A DNA stretch of 64,000 nucleotides, from the NCBI GenBank assembly GCA_963724765.1, contig CAVRVY010000004.1, positions 896,001 to 960,000 of the forward strand. The letters are read 5' to 3'. The notes beneath the pieces were generated by a model. It saw only the letters and a list, made by a program, of their open reading frames with translations. It ran no database searches and was not told the origin of the DNA. Below are positions 39,625 through 47,442 of this stretch, piece after piece. The stretch is from an uncultured delta proteobacterium (GTDB lineage Bacteria > Desulfobacterota > Binatia > Binatales > Binataceae). Position 1 is the first letter of the stretch; the number at the start of each line of letters is the position of its first letter. The position numbers and the translations under genes were made by a program.

Positions 39625-40812
39625 ATGAGCAGGCAACCCAGGAATCCCCCCATGGCATCAAACGAAACGAAATCCATCGAGCTGTTCAGGGTCGCCGGAG
39701 TACAGATCGAGATCGACTATTCCTGGCTAGTGATTTTTTTCCTCGTGCTGTGGAGTTTATCCGCCGGATATTTTCCGCAAGAATATCCCGGCCAGCGGCC
39801 GCTCGACTACTGGGTCGTCGGCCTCGTGGCGACACTGTTTTTTTTCGCCTCGGTTTTGCTCCATGAGCTTTCCCATGCGGCGATGGCGAACCGGCTCGGG
39901 GAGAACGTCGATCGAATCACGCTTTTCATCTTCGGCGGAATCGCACGTCTCTCGGGCGAGCCGAAAAGCGCCAATAGCGAGATCAAAATAGCGGGCGTCG
40001 GACCACTAACCAGCGTGGCCCTCGCGCTTGCCTTCTGGTTGATTTCGAATGCCATCGGCCCAGCCGCGTCGCTGTGGACTGGGGTCTTTCGCTACCTCGC
40101 CTTCATCAATCTCGCGCTGGCGCTGTTTAATCTTCTGCCGGGGTTTCCGCTCGATGGCGGCCGACTGCTGAGGGCGGTGCTATGGAGGCGATGGGGTGAT
40201 CTGCAACGGGCGACGGCGCGCGCGGCGCAGTGGGGCAGTGGTATCGGCTGGGGGCTGATCGGTCTGGGTTCGATGGAGATTTTCGAGGGTGCGCTGGTCG
40301 GTGGCCTCTGGCTGATTTTCATCGGCCTCTTTTTGCATGGCGCGGCGGCGAGCGGTTACCAGGGCACGGTTATCGAGCAGGCCCTCGAGCACGTCCGCGT
40401 GAGCGACATCATGACTCGCGAGCCGGTGACGCTGTCACCCGAGGTGTCTGTCGGGGAAGCCATCGAACAATACTTTCTGCGCTTCGGTTACGGCGGCTTT
40501 CCCGTGACTTCGGATGGACACGTACTGGGCGTGCTGTCGCTATCGCACGTTCGTCACTGCCAGCCGCAGGAGCGAGCGCATAAGAGAGTGCGGGACATAA
40601 TGCTCCCTCTTAGGCCGGGCCTCGAAATCGCACCTGGGGCGAGCACGCTCGATGCGCTGCACAAGATGAACGAAGCGGACAGCGGCCGTCTGGTCGTCAT
40701 CGATGGCGGCAAGATGGTGGGATTTATCACGCGCACCGGCGTCGCGCGTATCGTGCAGATGAAGGCGCAGCTTGGCGGCAAGGCCAATGTTCCGAAGGAC
40801 AGAGAGACGTGA
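39625..40812 (+). CDS. Site-2 protease (M50) with a CBS pair
   Basis: HELSH, AGVGP and FNLLPGFPLDGGR, followed by two CBS domains. Confidence 0.93.
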   Translation: MSRQPRNPPMASNETKSIELFRVAGVQIEIDYSWLVIFFLVLWSLSAGYFPQEYPGQRPLDYWVVGLVATLFFFASVLLHELSHAAMANRLGENVDRITLFIFGGIARLSGEPKSANSEIKIAGVGPLTSVALALAFWLISNAIGPAASLWTGVFRYLAFINLALALFNLLPGFPLDGGRLLRAVLWRRWGDLQRATARAAQWGSGIGWGLIGLGSMEIFEGALVGGLWLIFIGLFLHGAAASGYQGTVIEQALEHVRVSDIMTREPVTLSPEVSVGEAIEQYFLRFGYGGFPVTSDGHVLGVLSLSHVRHCQPQERAHKRVRDIMLPLRPGLEIAPGASTLDALHKMNEADSGRLVVIDGGKMVGFITRTGVARIVQMKAQLGGKANVPKDRET

Positions 40813-40819
40813 GCAGCGT

Positions 40820-40835
40820 TGGCACGACAATAGCT
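40820..40835 (+). promoter_or_regulatory. Sigma54 -24/-12 promoter of the small gene and pcm fusion
   Basis: TGGCACGACAATAGCT, about 24 nt before the ATG. Confidence 0.65.
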
Positions 40836-40858
40836 ATCAGACCCAGAGGTCTCAGAAG

Positions 40859-41041
40859 ATGCCCGTAAATGTAGTCAAGACGCCCGCGGAAGAAATCGCG
40901 TGGGAGCGCGCAAAGGCTCGCGCTCGGGAGCAGTATCCGGAGGCTACCGGCGAACGCTTTTATCGGATTGTTATGGCCATCTACAAGAAAATGGTTCATT
41001 ACCAACCCCGATCCGCGCGCTATCGCCAGAGTGCGCGTTAA
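40859..41041 (+). CDS. Small helical hypothetical protein (60 aa)
   Basis: RBS GAGG; MPVNVVKTPAEEIAWERAKARAREQY...YRIVMAIYKKM. Confidence 0.6.
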   Translation: MPVNVVKTPAEEIAWERAKARAREQYPEATGERFYRIVMAIYKKMVHYQPRSARYRQSAR

Positions 41042-41105
41042 TCGAGAGGTCGCGGGCGATGCAGAAAAAACAAATGTCCCAGGCACTTATGCGAGGTGGC
41101 GAGTT

Positions 41106-43097
41106 ATGCTTGACCTGACAAGCCAGCGTCTTCTGATGGTTCGCGATCAGATTGCCGCGCGCGGAGTGCGCAATCCGGCAGTGCTCGGGGCGATGCGACG
41201 TGTTCCACGGGAGGCTTTTCTCCCGGAAGAATTAGCTGAGTTCGCATACCAGGACACACCCCTGCCGATCGAGGCCGACCAGACCATCTCGCAGCCGTAT
41301 ATCGTTGCGCTGATGATCGAGAGCGTCGAACCGCGCGCCGGCGATCGCGCTCTCGAGATTGGAACCGGCTCGGGATACGCGGCGGCAGTGCTCTCGGAAG
41401 TGGTGCGCGAGGTCTATACCATCGAGCGGCACGCACAATTGGCCAAGCTGGCAAGCAAGCGCTTAGCTGGCCTGGGATATACGAAAATCAAGGTCCTTCA
41501 CGGCGACGGGACCCTCGGTTGGCCCGCGCATGCTCCGTATGACGTGATCGTGGTGACAGCCGGCGGTCCCCAGGTGCCAAAGCCCCTCCTTGAACAACTG
41601 GCCATCGGGGGCCGTCTCATCATTCCGGTAGGCGATACGTCGCGGCTGCAACGCCTGGTGCGAATTACGCGCACCGCCGAAGATCACTTCGATGACGAGG
41701 ATCTTGGCGATGTTCAGTTCGTTCCATTGATTGGAGCGGAAGGTTGGGATTCCGCGGTCGCCAAACAGGCTCGCCCATCTACCCGGGGCAGCCGTCCAGT
41801 GACGATCGCCAAGCTGATCCGCGAGACGGCTGCGCCTCTCGCTGACATTGAGCAGGCCGAGATCGGCCCTTTGCTGGAGCGGATGGCGGGGGCGCGGGTG
41901 GTTCTGCTAGGCGAGGCGACCCATGGTACGTCGGAGTTCTATCGGATGCGGGCGCGCATCACGAAGGAACTGATCCTGCGGCACGGTTTCAACTTCGTCG
42001 CCGTCGAGGCTGATTGGCCGGATGCCGCCAGAATCAATCAGTATGTGCGTCATGCTCCGCCACGGCAGGAGCAATGGAAGGCTTTCGCCCGCTTCCCGAC
42101 CTGGATGTGGCGAAACCATGAAGCGTTGGCACTGGTTGAGTGGCTGCGCGCGTGGAACGCGGAGGTGCCGGACCCGGAGCGGCGCGTCAGCTTCTATGGA
42201 TTGGATCTCTACAGTCTCTTCACTTCAATCGGGGCCGTTATCGACTATCTGGGCAGCGTTGATCCGGCGATGGCCGCAATCGCGCGCAGCCGGTATGCAT
42301 GCCTGAGTCCTTGGGAACACGATCCTGCGGTGTATGGCCGCGCAGTGCTCAGCGGGCGCTATCGAGACTGCGAAGACGCAGTCGTCGCGATGCTACGCGA
42401 TATGCTCAATCGGCGGATCGAATATTCCCAGCGTGACGGCGATCGCTTCTTCGACGCCGCGCAGAACACTCGCTTGGTCGCCGCAGCGGAGCGGTATTAC
42501 CGCGTGATGTATTACGGCTCTGTCGATTCCTGGAATCTGCGCGATCAGCATATGTTCGACACTCTTGAGCGGTTGTTCGATTTCCACGGCCCTGGCAGCA
42601 AGGGCATAGTCTGGGAGCACAACTCACACGTCGGCGACGCATCGGCCACGGAGATGGGCGCGCGTGGTGAGCACAACGTAGGACAGTTATCTCGCGCGCG
42701 ATTCGCCGAGTCGGCATTTCTGCTTGGCTTCGGTACCGACCACGGTACGGTCGCGGCAGCATCGGACTGGGACGGCCCCATGGAGGTCAAGCGCATACGT
42801 CCATCCCATGAAGCCAGCTATGAGCGGCTATGCCACAACTCTGAGGTCAAAGCGTTCATGTTGCACCTTAGAGACCCGGCCAGACAGACGCTGCGCGACG
42901 AACTGGAGGCAGCCCGCCTGGAACGTGCAATCGGCGTGGTCTATAGGCCCGAATCCGAAATCATGAGTCACTATTTCCAGGCCTGCCTGCCCCGACAGTT
43001 CGACGAGTACATCTGGTTCGACGAAACTCGCGCGGTGTCGCCGCTTCCATCGGTCGCCGCCCCCGGTGTCCCAGAGACGTTTCCATTCGGGGTTTAA
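41106..43097 (+). CDS. pcm: Protein-L-isoaspartate O-methyltransferase fused to an erythromycin-esterase-family domain
   Basis: VPREAF, QTISQPY, LEIGTGSGY and APYD, followed by LLGEATHGTSEFY, VEADWPD, WNLRDQHM, HNSHVGDA, ERAIGVVY and ETFPFG. Confidence 0.9.
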   Translation: MLDLTSQRLLMVRDQIAARGVRNPAVLGAMRRVPREAFLPEELAEFAYQDTPLPIEADQTISQPYIVALMIESVEPRAGDRALEIGTGSGYAAAVLSEVVREVYTIERHAQLAKLASKRLAGLGYTKIKVLHGDGTLGWPAHAPYDVIVVTAGGPQVPKPLLEQLAIGGRLIIPVGDTSRLQRLVRITRTAEDHFDDEDLGDVQFVPLIGAEGWDSAVAKQARPSTRGSRPVTIAKLIRETAAPLADIEQAEIGPLLERMAGARVVLLGEATHGTSEFYRMRARITKELILRHGFNFVAVEADWPDAARINQYVRHAPPRQEQWKAFARFPTWMWRNHEALALVEWLRAWNAEVPDPERRVSFYGLDLYSLFTSIGAVIDYLGSVDPAMAAIARSRYACLSPWEHDPAVYGRAVLSGRYRDCEDAVVAMLRDMLNRRIEYSQRDGDRFFDAAQNTRLVAAAERYYRVMYYGSVDSWNLRDQHMFDTLERLFDFHGPGSKGIVWEHNSHVGDASATEMGARGEHNVGQLSRARFAESAFLLGFGTDHGTVAAASDWDGPMEVKRIRPSHEASYERLCHNSEVKAFMLHLRDPARQTLRDELEAARLERAIGVVYRPESEIMSHYFQACLPRQFDEYIWFDETRAVSPLPSVAAPGVPETFPFGV

Positions 43098-43121
43098 CTG
43101 CTCAGAGCAATACTCAACGAA

Positions 43122-43223
43122 ATGGACGGGACGATCGCGAAGGTACTGAGGAAGATTGGCTGGATGCGCGAACAGCGCATCTGGCCCATTGGGTTGCGCT
43201 ACCTGTGGACCGACGCATTCGGG
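43122..43223 (+). pseudogene. N-terminal remnant of an RYLWTDAF-motif conserved hypothetical protein
   Basis: WMREQRIWPIGLRYLWTDAFG, then the frame continues into unrelated-looking sequence and stops at 43331. Confidence 0.5.
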
Positions 43224-43439
43224 GCGAACGTCAGGTCTCTATATGCTGGCAATGCGGGGAAGGCTGTCACTGGGAAATCTGATAGCGGGAGTCTCGGTAA
43301 CCTAATCTTAGGATCAGCAGCGCGTTTTTAGTCAACGGAATCTTGGCGATGCTGATCTACGCCTGGATCATTGACCCATTCTTGGATAAAGGTGAGCGGC
43401 AATGAACACCATGCTCGTGAAAACACCCAGCAGCACGGT

Positions 43440-43716
43440 GTCATAACGTCAAAGCCGGCAATCCGTGCTTCGCCCGAGGAAGGCGGCAGCAACGTTGTCA
43501 ACATCTTGATGAGAGTGCTCTTGCCGGCGCCGTTTGGTCCGATAAGGCCAAAGACCTCGCCCGGCGAGACCGTAAACGAGACATTCGCTAAGTTGGTCGC
43601 GGTTATTTGGAGACGCCGTGCGCAATTCGGTCAGCGGAATTTCAGCGTCGCCGGATGCCGAGGCGGCTATTGTCACCCGTGACCTGACCCAGCGCCTTGG
43701 CGATCTGCTCGCGGTA
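43440..43716. pseudogene. ABC ATPase (DrrA-like) remnant split by an inversion
   Basis: Plus 43618-43716 reads MRNS...AIVTRDLTQRLGDLLAV. Minus 43588-43442 reads [49 protein letters not shown]. Confidence 0.8.
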
Positions 43717-43812
43717 AATCCTGAAAGCGCGTCACTCAGGACCTGGGTCGGCAATTGCCGCCCCTTTTGCGCAAGCCGCGTCGCCTAGCGAAGAGAACCT
43801 CGCTTTCTCAGA

Positions 43813-44271
43813 CTAGCTTTTGTCGGCGTGCTCGGTTCGCCCTTCGTTTCGAATCGTGAGAACCGGACAGGTCGCTTTGCGCACCACCGCCTCAGCCACG
43901 CTGCCGAGAAAAAAGTGAGCGAGTCTGCCACGGCCGTGGGTGGCCATCACCAGCAGGTCGGGTTTGAATTGTTCGACGGCCTGCAAGATGCCACCGACGA
44001 CGTCGCCGATGAACACGATCGACTCGTACCCGACCCCGCCGAGCTTCTGTCCTGCGATCTCGCGCAGCTTGACCGTCGCCGCCTTCTCTTGGCCCCTATA
44101 GACGTCAGCGGGCATCGGAAAGTCTCCGAATTGCGCCACCAGCGGGACGGCGTGTACCAAAATGACCGTAGCGCCAAAATGGCGGGCGATTTCAGCCGCC
44201 TTGTCCAGAGCCACCAGTGAATTCTCACTGAAGTCGATCGGACACAGGATTTTGCGGTAGGGAAATGCCAT
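43813..44271 (-). CDS. Universal stress protein
   Basis: ILCPIDFS, DLLVMATHGRG...[10 protein letters not shown] and CPVLTI; RBS GGAGG. Confidence 0.93.
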   Translation of the reverse strand: MAFPYRKILCPIDFSENSLVALDKAAEIARHFGATVILVHAVPLVAQFGDFPMPADVYRGQEKAATVKLREIAGQKLGGVGYESIVFIGDVVGGILQAVEQFKPDLLVMATHGRGRLAHFFLGSVAEAVVRKATCPVLTIRNEGRTEHADKS

Positions 44272-44542
44272 GGCCGTAATCGCCTCCGTTAATATCTTCG
44301 GCACCCTTCCAAGAACATAACATTGTAACATCCACGAAGCCTAGCGACCTGGCGAAATCGCGCCGACCCCAGAGCGCATCTCACCGAGAAAGCGACCGCA
44401 AAGTGCGAGACCGAAGTCGTATGCAGAGTATTGCTCGCGGCCGACAGGCGCTTGTAGTCACTGGCGCGCCCGCGCCTCCCGACTGCCTGGATTAAAAAGC
44501 TCGTCTCGACCCGCTCAACAACTCTCCGATTAGAAACTACTG

Positions 44543-44749
44543 AAGGTTCACGCGTACACAAGAACTTACGCTCAAGGTCGCCTGAGCAGTCGCGCCAAGT
44601 ACCTCGTTGATATTGTTCTGGCAAAGCAGCTCCTGACGATGGATGCCGCACGGCTTCGCAGCGCGCTCGCGGGAGTCTTCGAGGGACGGCGCCAGCAGCC
44701 TCTTCCCGATCGGTTCCCTGCCCCGCCGGATGAGTGGGCGGTACCATAA
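44543..44749 (+). pseudogene. AbiEii/AbiGii nucleotidyltransferase toxin remnant
   Basis: Not in the ORF track. KVHAYTRTYAQGRLSSRAKYLVDIVL...DAARLRSAL..VF..R..QPLP..FPAPPDEWAVP* matches the KxHAY...SRxKDLxD C-terminal region, with KD changed to KY. Confidence 0.7.
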
Positions 44750-44854
44750 TTGGTGTTGCGTTTCCGCCACGCGTTTGAGCACGCGGATTTGCCTTCTGGA
44801 ATACATAGATTTGCGCTGAGCATGATTGGTCGCGTAAGCGACTTTTGTCGCAAG

Positions 44855-44870
44855 TGGCATGAAGGTTGCG
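44855..44870 (+). promoter_or_regulatory. Sigma54 -24/-12 motif upstream of the ExeA-LysM gene
   Basis: TGGCATGAAGGTTGCG, near consensus with TTGC, preceded by the palindrome GCGAC-TTTT-GTCGC. Confidence 0.55.
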
Positions 44871-45086
44871 TCCTACCTCGCGAGCGTGAGCAGCGTCGGG
44901 GGAGAGGGCGCGGGACCTTGGGGTTCTTAGCAGTCGGGAGACCTTAAGCGCTCGGTTTGTGAAAACTCTGCGAGTCCTTTCGCCTTGGCTATAACGGCCT
45001 CGGCACTGGCACCGGAGCCATTGCTGCATCGGCAACAGATATAAGAGTGGTTCCATGAGGGCCGAAGACGCACTGCGAAAGATCGG

Positions 45087-46598
45087 GTGATGCAATACTA
45101 TCAGTACTTCCGCCTGAAAGGTCCGCCTTTCCAGCCCGCGTCACCTGACAGCGCGGTATATTTCAGCCCAACTCATCTTGAGGGCCTTGCCACGCTCGAA
45201 TCTGGACTGTCGAGCGAGCTGACTGGCTTGACCATGCTGACTGGCGAAGCCGGGACCGGAAAAACCACCCTCATATATTCGCTGCTGCAGCGCGATTTTA
45301 AGCGGGTCCGAATCGCGCATATCGACGATCCCAAGCTCTCGTTCCTGGAAATAATGCAGGTCGTCCTGACGCAGCTGAATCTTTACACCACCGGATCGAC
45401 GAAGCTGGATTATCTCGAGACGCTGGACCGATTGCTGAAGCTTCGCGGCAAGGAAGAACGGATTGCGCTAATCGTCGACGAGTCCCAGCTCCTGAGCGAT
45501 GACGTGTTGGAGGAACTGCGGCTACTGTCGAATCGCGGTGACCGATGCCTTCAGCTTATCCTGGTCGGCCATCCGGAACTCGCTGAGCGGTTGAAGAAGC
45601 CGGAGCTACGTCAACTGAATCAGCGAATTTCCTCCCGCGGGGTACTTCAACCGCTTACCCACGCGCAGGCTATCAAGTACGTCGAGTGCAAGCTGAGCGC
45701 TCAAGGCAGCACCTGCTCGGCGATCTTCGAGCGCGGCGCTTTGAAACGGCTGCTTCGGCGTAGCGATGGAATACCCCGAAAAATCAATATGCTCTGCCAT
45801 AACGCGATGGAAACTGCGTATAACGCGGCGGAAAAAAAGATCAGCTACAAGACCGCGAACAAAATTGCCACCGCGTACCACGACTCGGTTAAAATCAAAA
45901 ATCGGGGATTCGGCTTGCGGCCCCTGCGAGTGCCCGCGCTTGTTGTGGGTACCGCGCTCGCGGCGCTTTTGCTATTGGGCTTGGTCTACCCAAATATCTG
46001 GTCAGGTAGGGTACTCCACCATACCGTCTCATCCGCCGGGGCAACCGAACAGACGGTTCGACCAGTTAAGCCAATTAAAGAAGTTAAGTTAGTCGAGCAA
46101 GTTAAGCCAGCCGAGCAAGCGGGCGTCGACGGACATCCGGACTCTGGCGCAAAGCCCCAAGCCGCCATTCCTCTCGCGCCCCATCCGATCGAATTGCGGG
46201 CATCACTTGCTCCCGCAGCGGAGGCGCCCGCAGCCCCCAAAAGCGAGGTTGCCGGGCCGGGGACGGCGCCCGAAATGCGCACAGTTCCAACCGCTCCTGC
46301 CGCGGCCGCGGTAAGCGACGCGATTCACAAACAGACCGAAGTACCCGCAACTCCGGAGCAGCGAAGTCAAACTACGGTCAGGTTTGGAGATACGCTCGAG
46401 AAAATTGCCGTTCGTTATTCCGGATCGAAGTCTGGAATTAATGAACTCATCGCCGCGAACCCGCAGCTGAACAACATAAATCAGTTGAGTGTCGGACAGA
46501 TCATTAACCTGCCTCCCGGCGTCACTCCAAAAGCCCAGCACGATCAGGCCGCAACCGCAGGGCCAGTCCCGAACGCGGAAGATTCTCCGGAGCGATAA
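45087..46598 (+). CDS. ExeA/GspA-family AAA ATPase with a TM segment and C-terminal LysM
   Basis: YYQYFRLKGPPF, GEAGTGKT, IVDESQ, LQLILVG.PEL, QLNQRI and GIPRKINMLC; LysM VRFGDTLEKIA...LSVGQIINLP. Confidence 0.88.
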   Translation: MMQYYQYFRLKGPPFQPASPDSAVYFSPTHLEGLATLESGLSSELTGLTMLTGEAGTGKTTLIYSLLQRDFKRVRIAHIDDPKLSFLEIMQVVLTQLNLYTTGSTKLDYLETLDRLLKLRGKEERIALIVDESQLLSDDVLEELRLLSNRGDRCLQLILVGHPELAERLKKPELRQLNQRISSRGVLQPLTHAQAIKYVECKLSAQGSTCSAIFERGALKRLLRRSDGIPRKINMLCHNAMETAYNAAEKKISYKTANKIATAYHDSVKIKNRGFGLRPLRVPALVVGTALAALLLLGLVYPNIWSGRVLHHTVSSAGATEQTVRPVKPIKEVKLVEQVKPAEQAGVDGHPDSGAKPQAAIPLAPHPIELRASLAPAAEAPAAPKSEVAGPGTAPEMRTVPTAPAAAAVSDAIHKQTEVPATPEQRSQTTVRFGDTLEKIAVRYSGSKSGINELIAANPQLNNINQLSVGQIINLPPGVTPKAQHDQAATAGPVPNAEDSPER

Positions 46599-46804
46599 GC
46601 AACGCCGCACTGCGTGCGGAATGTTCACGTGGTCCAATACCGGTTGGGGCCTGTTGTACTTATAGCCCCGGCGGCGCAGTTGGAACTAGCCAATCGGGGC
46701 ATCTGCCTGCCGACTGCGCTCATTGATGTCCTAACTTCGGGATGCGCGTTGCGCAAATTGCATCAGGCGGCCGACGCTGATAGCGGTTTTACCTTCATTA
46801 CGCC

Positions 46805-47245
46805 CTACGAGCCCGAAGAAATGTAGTTGCGCAGCTCGTTCAGTTCCGACTGGGCTTCCTGGAGACGCTGTTTCACGACGTCGCCGATACTGACAATCCC
46901 CTCGAGCACGCCGTCGCGAATCACTGGCAGGTGACGAATACGCTGCAGCGTCATCACCTCCATGAGTTCGACAATCGCGTCCTCCGGCGAACAGGTCCTG
47001 ACCTCGGCCGTCATCAGACGCTCGACCGGAAGCTCCGATACCATCTCTCCGTACTGGGCCATGCCACGGATCACGTCGCGCTCAGAGATTATTCCGGCCA
47101 GGCGGCCCTCTTCATTGACCACCGGGGCGGCTCCGATTCGATTTACGCTGAGCACCTTGACCAGCGCGGCGACGGTGTCGCGCGGCGCGACGGTGACGAC
47201 CCTATGGCCCTTCAGCTCCAGGACCGCCGAAACCTTCGTTGCCAT
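46805..47245 (-). CDS. Stand-alone CBS-pair protein
   Basis: GIISERD, IRHLPV and GIVSIGDVVK; RBS AGGAG. Confidence 0.92.
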   Translation of the reverse strand: MATKVSAVLELKGHRVVTVAPRDTVAALVKVLSVNRIGAAPVVNEEGRLAGIISERDVIRGMAQYGEMVSELPVERLMTAEVRTCSPEDAIVELMEVMTLQRIRHLPVIRDGVLEGIVSIGDVVKQRLQEAQSELNELRNYISSGS

Positions 47246-47442
47246 TTGCGATCTCCTGGGTCTTGACTTCGTTGGCCTATGGTCAAGTCTGCGCGCGCTG
47301 CAGCTCTAGCGTCAAGCTCGGATTTGAGGCGGTGGAGCATCGGCGATACCGGCCGGAGTCGCAGATTCAAGGCCGCGTCGTCCAAGATAAGACCGGCAGA
47401 CGACCACTGATTATTGCGCCCAGTGTCTGATTAGCCGCCGCC

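Noticed and set aside
32163-43097. Macrolide-resistance island (MacAB plus erythromycin esterase)
   Set aside because: Both are broad families, the esterase domain is fused to PIMT, and the context is stress-related. Resistance cannot be inferred from the sequence.
44289-45095. 268-aa minus-strand ORF
   Set aside because: It has no motif, overlaps the AbiEii relic and a promoter motif, and is probably spurious.
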